DNA from: Antedon mediterranea
Lineage: Eukaryota; Animalia; Echinodermata
Reading direction: 5' to 3'
Length of the DNA: 64,000 nt
Assembly (NCBI RefSeq): GCF_964355755.1
Contig: NC_092680.1
Location: 12,533,045-12,597,044 of the forward strand
The notes beneath the pieces are model-generated. The model was given only the letters and a program-made list of their open reading frames with translations, searched no databases and was not told the DNA's origin. Of this stretch, positions 37,801-49,800 are shown piece by piece. Position numbers and translations under genes: made by a program. Numbering within the stretch: position 1 is the first letter of the stretch; each line of letters opens with the position of its first letter.

Positions 37801-40800
37801 TTTGTTAAGCACTTTTCTTGATCTATCCAAAGCTTTTGATGTTGTTAATCATGATATTTTACTTTCAAAACTGTTACGTTATGGCATTAGAGGTGTTTCG
37901 TTAAAATGGTTTATTAGTTGTCTTAGTAATCGTAAACAATATGTACAGATTGGTAACTGTAAATCATCGGCAAAGAACGTTCCATGTGGTGTACCACAGG
38001 GGTCGGTCCTTGGACCCTTATTATTTCTTATTTACGTAAATGACATAACCTTTGTTAGTGATACACTGAATATTGTTTCCTTTGCCGATGATACAACTTT
38101 ATTTTATTCAAACAAAAATATTGATTTATTAGTAAATACCTTTAATTTAGAATTAAATAAGATTGAAAATTGGTTCTCTTCTAATAAATTATTGATTAAT
38201 ACTTCAAAAACAAATTTTATTATATTTCACTCCCATCGAAACAGGCATAAATTAAGTAACAAAAACATTCAAGTTGTTCTAAATGGTAAAAATCTGGACC
38301 GAAAAAGTGAAACTTTATTTCTTGTAATTTTAATTAATGAAAACTTAAATTGGACCGGTCATCAGAAAAATATTTCAATCAAAATGTCTAAATGCATTGG
38401 TGTTATAAACCAGATAAAATATTTTTTTCCTCAACACATTTTACTTTCTTTGTATAATTCGCTTATATTACCACATTTACTTTATTGCAATATTATATGG
38501 GCAGCTGATTATCCTTCAAATATATGACCTTCATAAACTTCAAGTTACTTCTTTTATGTTTGAATATGTTACTGGTTTACTACCAAAGTCTGTTTCAATG
38601 TTATTTTCAAATCGTTTATTAGATCATACCTATAACATAAGAAATCCACATAAATTGTATGTTCCATTTGTTAAACTTAGAAAAAGCCAGTTTTTTATTA
38701 CTTATTTAGGACCAACGTATTGGAATAGTCTAGATTCAACTGCCATAAATCATTTATATACTGTAAATTCATTTAGAAAGCATATAAAAACCCTTTATTT
38801 ATCTTGTTACCAAACCTACTAAATATGTTGCGCACTGTATAATTTATTTAATTGTATGCGTTGTATTTGTATATTTATATCGTTCCGTTCTTATTTTTGT
38901 TTGAATTATTATTATTATTTTAGGGGTCAATGTTAGACAAGTTCTACTTCTAATTTTGATCCCTAAGATGGTCTTATATTAATTGTTTATTATTGTTTAT
39001 TGTAATATTGTTTGTTATATATTGTGACCATCTTAAATAAATGTATTATTGAACTGAATTGAACTGAACTGTTTACAATCAATAACGTTTATATCATTAA
39101 AGTTTCATTATCACTTGCGTAATTCTTTCTAATTCCTTTCTTTAGACATACAAAATTATTTGTACACATTAAATAAGTATAGGCCTAAGTACTAATTTAA
39201 ATTCGTTTCTTATATTTATATATTTATTTTTCATTAAGGAATGTTACATATTAATGCATGGATTACAAGTTACTATATATAGGCCTATAACGTTTATTAT
39301 ATCATTAACGTTTCTTATCACTTAGACAAATTACACTTTGCTGTATACATACATATAAATTGAGATCCAGCCACTGATACCCACAGCATTGTCATTTTTT
39401 CAGTAATTTGCCTTTGGATTTATATTATTTATCTTAAACTTTACTGGCAGGGAGGTATAACAATAATATGGAAGGAGCTAATTTTGTATGCGTTTGTTAT
39501 CGAAATGTGTAGTATGGAATACACAAAATAAAATTTTATTAAGGCTGTTTCAGTGTGCGGTTACATTAAAAATTGTACTCATTTTCGGGGTACTGTAGGC
39601 GCGCCTATGTTACAGCCACCACGCGTCGATACGTTCGTATTCGTAGACTACACTACTGACTGCACTCTGGCCACCGCCGCCGTGGCGACATCGGCCGTGG
39701 CGACATCGAACTGTCATCGTTTTGCTAACGAATCTGCTTAACAGTGCTTACCAATACCAGTAAAATACTGCTTTTTTCCATTATTAAATTAACTATTTTG
39801 AACTAAAAACATTTAAATAGCTAAAATCTAGTCTTATTCTTAGGCCATGGCCAGGTTTATAATACACACAGACCTAGCTAGGCCTAGCCCTGATTAAGTT
39901 TTCTTCCAAGCCTAACGTCGTGGGCCTAAGGAGGCTTAAAAGATAGCCTGATAATATTTGCGTAGCCTATAATTTTCGTTGTTAAACAAATATAGGGGGC
40001 ACAATTGATGGAAAATAACTATGTTTAAGTCTTGTAAATGAAAATCTGTCAATCAAAACATAACACACCCAACAATTCGAAGGGAGATAAACAACTTATC
40101 AGCTCTTATCGGGTGTGAAGTGTGCCTGTATCGGAGCTTCCTGGCAACATATATTTGGTGATTTCCCTAATCTACAAAAAGACTTCGACGCGGTAGCGCG
40201 TTTGTGTCGAAACTGTCGAACTTTTTTCCAGCGGGTAGTATCATTTACCCCGACACATTATATTTATCATAAACTTTAGTATCATTTACGTAACTCCTAG
40301 TTTATTCTTGTATAATTATAATAAAATATAAATAGCCCTCAAATATGTAATTGGTATTTTCATTTCAAATTCACTGTATAGTGATTATTAATTGCAACAT
40401 TTGTAGTTTGTCCGTGTTGAGTTGTTCCGTGTTGTTTTCCTGTGTAAAAACAAAAAGCAAAGAGGTAAATACACAATGAAATCGATATTACTGTATTATG
40501 CTGCTGTCGCGTCATTGTTTCCCCACCAACGGCACTATGGGCGTTCAATAGCTATTGTCGTATTATTGTCTGTGGCCGAAATTGTCTGTGGCCAAAGTGG
40601 ATCTAATCCATTCTAGTCTAGAGGCATTGAGGTATAAAATATGTTATTTTAGTGTGATACCGTTAATTGAAGAAAAATCAACTCGTAAAGAATTGTTTAT
40701 GAATGTTAATTTATCTGTTTATATTATTTTATTTTTAGTGTGATACCATTGAAGGAAAATCAACTTAATGATCAGGGTAAATAAATAAGTAAATAAATTT

Positions 40801-43800
40801 TAAATTTGGATACAAATAATAAATGTTTATGAGTCAAATATAAAAACATTCATTATTCTCATATTATAAATAATACTGTATAACTATAAATTTAAATTTT
40901 TGTCATTTGATTGAAGAGTTGGAAAATTGATGATATGCATACAAATTTGCTCTTGCATAACATAGTCAGGTTCCATTTCTCAAAAAACGGCCTAGAAAAC
41001 GAATCAAGAAGCATTTTTGGGTAGAAGCTGGGATCCACTTGATTTAGGATATTTCGACCTCGCTGATTACGAATATGGCGGATCCCAAGCGAAATTCGGC
41101 CATCTAAGCCCTTAATTTGCATAATTAAAAATGGCGGCCATTTTTTATAATTACCCTATATCTCGAGAACCACTAGTCACAGATAATTAATTTTGGTGTC
41201 AAAATGTTTTAAATATATGTTTTTATATTCACTTTAATGACACATTTTCTCAAAAAATTGATGCAAGTCTTATTTCTGACATTTTGACCTTTGACCTTGA
41301 TTTATCGTATCTCAGTAACCAATAATCGGAGAGACACGAAATAGGGCTCAAATTGTTCAGAAACTATACATTCATATTTATTATAATGAAATGTTTTTAC
41401 AAAAAATGGCCGATTCTACAACTATTGACCTTTGAACTATTAGTCAAATATAATAATATAATAATAATATAACTTTGAAAATTGTGGTCTTATGAATTTT
41501 TGTTTCTTTTTAAATTGTTTAAAACATGTGTGTTTCTATCCAGTCTAATTGCATATTTTGTAAAAGAATGGCCGATAGTATGGTTATTGACCTTTTAACT
41601 ACAGCATAGGCCTACTGTATACTAAATATAATATAATTGCATAACTATGAAATTATTTATACACAATAATAATTAGTAAAATTATAAAATTCACTGCCAT
41701 CAAATATGATGTGTTATGATTTATATAGATTTAAAAAAAAATTTGAATACGCAAGTTACATTTGTTGAAATTTGAAATTACCTGCCATCAATATGATGGA
41801 GTATGATTATAGATTTTCTAAAATGTGAACATGTCAGCTACATTTGGAAATTACCTGCCATCAATATAATGGATTATGATTATAGATTTAAAAAAGAATT
41901 TGAACACGTAAGCTACATTTGAAAATTACCTGCCATCAATATGATGGATTATGATTATAGATTTAAAAAAGAATTTGAACACGTCTCAGCTACATTTGGA
42001 AATTACCCGCCATCAATATGATGGATTATGATTGTATAGTACCTGCCATCAATATGATGGATTATGATTATAGATTTAAAAAAGAATTTGAACACGTAAG
42101 CTACATTTGAAAATTACCTGCCATCAATATGATGGATTATGATTGTATAGATTTAAAAGAAAATGTGAACACGTAAGCTACATTTGGAATGAACATGTTA
42201 AGGGCATCAGTTAAGATCATTCATGCAAAGGTTTCCGTCATCTTTAGCGTTGTTACAGCGGCATAAAGCTGTACATGGTAGTTTTGACTTCTTGCACCTA
42301 TCTATTGGTTATGCATCGTGTCTTGCATCCACAATAAATCATCTCTAACGAAGCAGTAGGAATAGCTTCATTTTTCAGAAGCACTGGTTGAAGTTTACCA
42401 TTAGATAGCTCCCAACCAATATGTTGGTGATGGCAAATGCTGGATTGGCGATATAGCTTTTTTCCATACGAGTGCTTGGAAGTGTGCTCTTTTTATATGT
42501 TGGTGCACTGCATCGCTTGTTGGAGGTAATGCCTCTGGGTTTTTTTAAAAGCCTAACTTCATTGGTACTTTTAACTTGACCAACACCGTAAACGTAGCAA
42601 ATGAATCTTTCCGATTTCATAATAACTTGGTCACTGACAGGTTTTCTCCCAGGTCTTTAATTAGTTCATACTTTTTTTTTAATACTTCCCATGCCGATGC
42701 CTTTGAGTGACCACTTAGATATGAGCAGTGAAGAGTTAAATTACTATATGTATGTATGTATTAATGTAATTTAACTCTTCCCTGGATATGAGTAGTATGG
42801 CATCCACTAATAGTGTGGAATGGAATCAGTGCTTTTGTAGAACCCTCGGGCAAGGCTTGAAAAATATCTTTTATAGATACTTTCTTTTTTTGGATGTCCC
42901 TGTCATCATCCATTTGGATACCATGCTTTGGTAGTGAGACACTAGAATCACTAGTACGTCTGTATCCCTAGAAGCAACTACAACTGTGTCGTATCGGACA
43001 TTGGCAGCATGACAAGTCTCGTGTCCGATTCTTCATGGTCTGCTACCAGAGACAACGTATTCGTGTAGACTTTTGATGATTTAACAACTGATTCTTTCAT
43101 AAATCCACCAGCTGTGACAATTTCTTTGTCTATAGGAGCTTGACGAATCAACTCCTCTGATAGAAATCGTGTCAGATCTGCATTATTATCTTGTAATGCC
43201 AAAAAGTTTGACCAGCAATTTGGCAGCGGTATTTCACCACTTTCTATAATTCGACGAATTGGTCTCTGTGTTTTGGTTCATCTTTGTCTGGTGGTGTCCT
43301 TTATCGACAGTTTTAAGTTAGGCATGCCATGTTAAAAAAAAAAAAACCAGAGCCATTACCTCCAACAAGCGATGCAGTGCACCAGCATATAAAAAGAGCA
43401 CACTTCCAAGCACTCGTATTGAAAAAAGCTGTATCGCCAATCCAGCATTTGCCATCACCAACAGATTTTGGGGGGGAGCTATCTAATGGTAAACTTCAAC
43501 CAGTGCTTCTGAAAAATGAAGCTATTCCTACTACTTCGTTTTAGATGATTTATTGTGGATGCAAGACACGATGCATAACCATATAGATGTAGGTGCAAAA
43601 ATTCAAAACTACCATGTACAGCTTTATGCTACTGTAACAACGCTAAAGATGACGGAAACCTTTGCATGAATGATCAAAACTGAAGCCCTTAACATGTTCA
43701 TTCCAAATGTAGCTTACGTGTTCACTTTTCTTTCAAACCTATAGGCCTACAATCATAATCCATCATATTGATGGCAGGTAATTTACAAATTTCCAAATGT

Positions 43801-46800
43801 AGCTGACGTGTTCAAATTATTTTTTAATTCTATAATCATAATCCATCATATTGATGGCAGGTTCTATACAATCATAATCCATCATATTGATGGCAGGTAA
43901 TTTCCAAATTTCCAAATGTAGCTGACGTGTTCAAATTCTTTTTAAAATCTATAATCATAATCCATCATATTGATGGCAGGTAATTTTCAAATGTAGCTTA
44001 TGTGTTCAAATTCTTTTTTAAATCTTTAATCATAATCCATCATATTGATGGCAGGTAATTTCCAAATGTAGCTGACATGTTCACATTTTTAAAAATCTAT
44101 AATCATACTCCATCATATTGATGGCAGGTAATTTCAAATTTCAAATTTCAACAAATGTAACTTGCGTGTTCAATTTTTTTTTTTTAATCTATATAAATCA
44201 TAACACATCATATTTGATACTCCTTCACCTGTAGTTAAGATACTGATGTCATGGTATAGGAATCAGGAATTTGTTGTCAGGTGGGGAAGTTCCGTTTCCG
44301 ATTCTTTCAATGTTCGTAATGGGGTTCGCCAGGGAGGCGTTATGTTCCCTCTACTTTACAATGTGTACACTGATCCGTTAACTGTTGAACTGACTAAGTC
44401 AAAAGAAGGTTGTGAAATTAACAGTCTTAAACTGAATTGCCTAAGCTTTGCCGGTGACTTGGTCCTTTTGGCTCCGTCAGTGACTGGCTTACAAAGCCTA
44501 ATTGGACTCTGTGAAGGTTTTGCTAGTGACCATGATATTACTTTTAATGAAACCAAATCCAAATGCTTGCTATTTTGCCCGAAAGTCTGCAACCTCAAAG
44601 GTGTTCCACATATTACCTTAAATGGGGCACCTCTAATCGTTGATAATTCAATAACCTATGTTACCATGATATTCCGAAATAAAAAGATAAATGAATGAAT
44701 TGTGTATAAATAATTTCATAGTTATGCAATTATATTATATTCAGTACGGTATACAGTAGGCCTATGCTGTAGTTTAAAGGTCAATAACCATACTATCGGC
44801 CATTCTTGTACAAAATGTGCCATTAGACTGAATAGAAACACACATGTTTTAAACAATTTAAAAAGAAAAAAAAATTCATAAGACCACAATTTTCAAAGTT
44901 ATATTATTATTATATTATTATATTTGACTAATAGTTCAAAGGTCAATAGTTGTAGAATCGGCCATTTTTTGTAAAAACATTTCATTATAATAAATAAGAA
45001 TGTATAGTTTCTGAACAATTTGAGCCCTATTTCGTGTCTCTCCGATTATTGGTTACTGAGATACGATAAATCAAGGTCAAAGGTCAAAATGTCAGAAATA
45101 AGACTTGCATCCATTTTTTGAGAAAATGTGTCATTGAAGTGAATATAAAAACATATATTTAAAACATTTTGACACCAAAATTAATTATCTGTGACTAGTG
45201 GTTCTCGAGATATAGGGTAATTATAAAAAATGGCCGCCATTTTTAATTATGCAAATTAAGGGCTTAGATGGCCGAATTTCGCTTGGGATCCGCCATATTC
45301 GTAATCAGCGAGGTCGAAATATCCTAAATCAAGTGGATCCCAGCTTCTACCCAAAAATGCTTCTTACATCATATTTCAGAGGAAATAGAACTTGTCTAAA
45401 CAATGCACTATTGATGGTGCATAGAAAATTTATTGAATAACATGTGACCCAATATCCTTCAACCAAATGACAAGGAACTGAGAATATGTTTATATAACAG
45501 TACTAAAAGGTTTGTTATTCTTCATTCAGAAGCATATGTTTATTTTTGTACCGTTCAGTTGTAAAAAAACACTTTATTTGCTAATTAATTCAGTGAATGA
45601 CTTAAATGTAAGTGATGCGGAGGAAGAGCCCTTTGACAGTGAAGATGATGACGATATGTGGCAGTGGCAGGGACAGACTGCTGGTAAGTCATAAATTGTT
45701 TTCAGTTTTTGTCTCACTATGTTCAAACCTGGAAGTATGCTTACCGTAAATTAGTGTTGAAAGTTGTTAAAATTAATTAACCAAAACTTTTGTTACAAAG
45801 TGAAATGTCACAGATCGGAATGCATGAGTAATTTCATTTCTTTTGAATTCAAAATCATCGTGTCATAAGCGTTGTATACTGATAGTCCATGGGCCAGACA
45901 TTTTTTCGGTATCAAATTGGTGGCAAATGCTACCATACATTTTTGGAAAGCTTAATATGTCTACTTTTCAGAAATCCATGATAGCAATGCCAATTGTACA
46001 GCTTAATAGTCATTTTTGAGGATTATATAACACCGCCTACGGAAAATATGCACCACAAAATTTTGGGGTAGGGGGTAACACTTTTGCTAATAACTCAGGA
46101 TTTAATGAACAGATTTGCATTTTCTTGGTATCAATATGTATTGTATAGACAGCTTAAGTGTAATATATTTTTCTAAGAAAATCCAACAATTATTGACGCC
46201 ATTAGAGGTCAGAAGGTCATTGAACTTTAATAAAAAATGATTTTTTGTCTAATATTAACGTATAACTTTCAGTTTTTAACAAAAAAAATACAATAGATGT
46301 TATGCAAACTGAAGTTTTCATGAACATATAGACCCAATAAACAAGAAAATTGAAGTTAAAGATTAACAAAATATGAATATGCTGTGTATTATGAAGAAAT
46401 TTGTTGTTTTTAGTAATTTGTAATCGTTTACAATTATGGGGTAGGGGGTAACATTTTTGCGAATAACTTACAATTTAGTTAACAGATTTGCATTTTCTTG
46501 CTATCAATATGTAGTGTATAGATTGCCTAATTGTAATATACTTTTTAAAAATGAATCCCGCATTTGTTGACATCTTTAGAGGTCAAAAGGTCACTGACCT
46601 TTAATAAAAAATGCAATTTCTTCTAAATTAGCTTATAAATTTCAATTTTAAACACAAAAAACAGGAAATCTTATGCAAACTAATGTTTTCTTAAACCTAT
46701 AGACACAATAAATAAGAAAATTGAATTTAACATTTTTTCTAAATTGAATATGCTGTGCATTATAAAGAAACTTGTTCGTCATTAGTAATTTGTGACAATT

Positions 46801-49800
46801 ATGGGGTAGGGGGTAACGTTTTTGCAAATAACTTAAGATTTAGTGAACAGATTTACATTTTCATGTTATCATTATGTAGTGTATGGATTTCATTATTGTA
46901 ATATATTTTTTTTAAATGAATCCAGCATCTATTGACGTCTTTAGGTCAAAAGGTCAATGACCTTCAATAAAAAATGCAATTTTTTCTAAATTAACTTATA
47001 CATTTCAATTTTAAACACAAACTTACAAAAGATCTTATGTTGATGTTTTCCTAAACATATAGACACAATGAATAAGAAAATTGAAATTAAACAAACAAAT
47101 ATTCTATGAATTTATGAAGAAATTTTGTCCGTTACTAATAATTTGTTATTAACAATTATAGGGTAAGGGGCAACATTTTTTCTAATAACTTTGTATTTAG
47201 TGATCAAATTTGCATTTTTTTGTATTAATAATGTACTGTGTAGGTTGCCTAATTGTTATATTCATGTTGAAAAAATAAAACGTAACATATTGACATCATT
47301 GTAGGTCAAAGGATCATTGAACATTAACAAAAAATACAATTTCGTCCAAATTTAACATTAATAAAGTTTCAATTTTAAACACAAAAATACAACAAATCTA
47401 TTACAAACTGGTGTTTTTTTTTAAACCTATAAAGACAATGTACAAATACAAATTAAAGTTAAAGATTAAACACAAATAAACATGTATAGGCCCTAACAAT
47501 ATGAAGAATTTTGACCGTATTAGTAATTTGTAATCCTTAAAAATTATGGGGTAAGGGATAACATTTTCGCTAATAACTTTGAATTTATTGAACATATTTT
47601 GCATTTCTTGGTAACAATAAGTAGGGTACTGTATAAACTGTTTAATCAAAAATTGTTATATTCAAAAATTATGCAACATTTTGATCTCAAATAATAGTGG
47701 TTGTGTAGTTTTATTTAAAGCCTGTAGACAAAATTTTAGTATTTAGTGTTGTTGTGGGGTACACAATGCACACATTATGCATGACTTGTTGGAGGGTATA
47801 AATTATTGAAAAAAAAATTAATGATTTTGTTTTAATATGAGGATAGGAGTTTTATAAAAACATATATTTCATCGTGAAATTACAGGGTGGATAAACTATT
47901 TTATAATTTATCGTGATTATAAACTAAGTCTCACTTAAGGCTTAAGGAGTGGAGTTGAAAGAGTCGTGAGTTACAAGCCTGGCACTAGGTCAGGATTGAA
48001 CCACGGAACTTGGGATTGGAAGGCAAGCATGTTAACCACCAAGCTACAGCTCCACTACTTTAGATAGGGTATTTGGTTATTTTTTAAATACATCCTACGG
48101 CTCGCTACTGTTTTTAGGCTATACTGTATAAATTGTTATTATTTTACAGATTGTACTTTAAATCAATTAATCGACTTATATAGTAATTTTAAAAATGACA
48201 CTAGGGCCTACCAATTAAATTTGTACAGTATTTAAAAGATATTCTTTTTCTATAAATGTTCATCTGACATTTTCCTGTATCTTGGTTTACAAAAATGAAC
48301 TCCGTAACAATATGTAAATGTTTCAGATCTGCATATCAGCTGCAGTTTAGCAATTCACACTTTCTCGAAAATTAATTCTATTATATTACATCGTCAAATT
48401 CCAGTAAAGCCTACATCATTTAAAACAACTGGGTATATATAGAAATCTTTAAAAGACATGATTTTGTTATCGCAAACTGAAGTATGATCTTGTGCAATGT
48501 TCCTTGACATTTTGGAATGTGATACTTTGCAAGTTTCCCGATTTTGATCAACGCTACCGTTAATATCTTTTAAAATGTTATGAAAAAGCTGACGAAAATA
48601 CTAGAACCAAGTACACTGGTACAGCACGTTATAGTCTTCAGTCTGTATTCTCTAGAGATGTGAAGGGCATCCAACAATGGATAGAAACACTATTTGGCTC
48701 AGTGGCGTCTGTGAGCAATGAGGAAAATGTAAAGTATGAAGATGTACCAGATAAGATTTTTCCTTCCTGTCTAAATTGTATTGACTGGACCTTCTCACCT
48801 AACTTTAGGTGGTTGTGTCAGAGTTATCCTCCAATATAATTGTTAATTTCCATGTCAATGTCTCTCTCGACACAATATTTTGGGTCCTTTCCAGGAGTCC
48901 AGAAAATACAAAGAAACTGAAGACCGTAACATGCTGCACCAGTGTTCTTGGTTAAAACATTGGTTAATAGATATTAATGGTAACCTTGATCAAAATGGGG
49001 AAAACTTACAACCACCTTCGACCATGCCAAGATACATGGAACATACTTTAAACTGCGATATGAAAACATAGAGATACTCAGTTCTTTCAAACGTATGTGG
49101 AAGATGTGGAACTGCAGCTAATATGGAAATCTAAAAAATTGACATATTAATGAGTTTGAATAAACTAACTGTTTTCTTTAAATCAAGATGAAGTAAAATG
49201 TAATTGTCCTGTAATATTACAATACCATAACAGTTTTGTTTAGAAAAAACTATCTCATTTGCATTTGCAAACCAGATGAACAATTATAACCTTAGAATAT
49301 CTTATCAGTTACAAATAAAAGATATAATTGGTAATCTAAACAATTTCTATGATTACTATAGACAATTGAATGTTTAGAATGTAAATTATAAAAAACAATT
49401 TACAACACAGAAGCTGGATATGTTTATTTAATATCCTCATATTTAAATTTCATTTATTTTAATTAATAATAAATCAAATAATGTATAGCTTCCAAAAAGT
49501 CATGCATTTTGTTATTTCGTACCCCATAACAATACTAAACGGTGAATTTTTTCCTATAGGTTTAATAAGTTAAAAATCACATAAATCTATTGGTAATAAC
49601 ATTTTGATAATTTTTTAATATATAGCAATTAAACAGTTTATATACTACTTATTGGTTCCTAGAAATGCAAAATATGTAGACTAAATTCAAAGTTATTACC
49701 AAAAATGTTACCCCTTACCCCATAATTTTTAATAATTACAAATTACTATTACGGTCACAATTCCTAATATTATTACACATGTTTATTTGTTTTTAATCTT

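Larger units (their letters stand above)
31926..39070 (+). mobile_element. 5'-truncated L2/CR1-clade LINE (RT region) split by Academ and Helitron insertions
   Basis: Pieces 32129-32186, 36238-36502 and 37764-39070 rejoin in frame across both insertions (IPF|TYVINLSF; ELI|HSIN). RT motifs [36 protein letters not shown]; (GAACT)n 3' tail. An inverted 5' piece lies at 31926-32128. Confidence 0.9.
25023..40609 (-). mobile_element. MULE/MuDR DNA transposon (15.6 kb including nested insertions) in RIOK1 intron 1
   Basis: TSD ATTCTAGT (25015-25022 and 40610-40617). Imperfect TIRs start GG and carry repeated TTCGGCCACAGACA. Encloses a spliced MULE transposase. Confidence 0.85.

Noticed and set aside
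37697-38527. Intact RT gene or Helitron-LINE fusion protein
   Set aside because: The first ~22 codons are Helitron 3' end read-through; the LINE is truncated, interrupted and has stops and frameshifts.
47945-48053. Functional tRNA gene (also 57606-57668 and ~19805-19875)
   Set aside because: A/B boxes are present but the stems are incomplete and embedded in repeats; treated as SINE-like.
48300-49130. Possible captured gene in the fold-back core
   Set aside because: The frames I read have stops and no recognisable motif.
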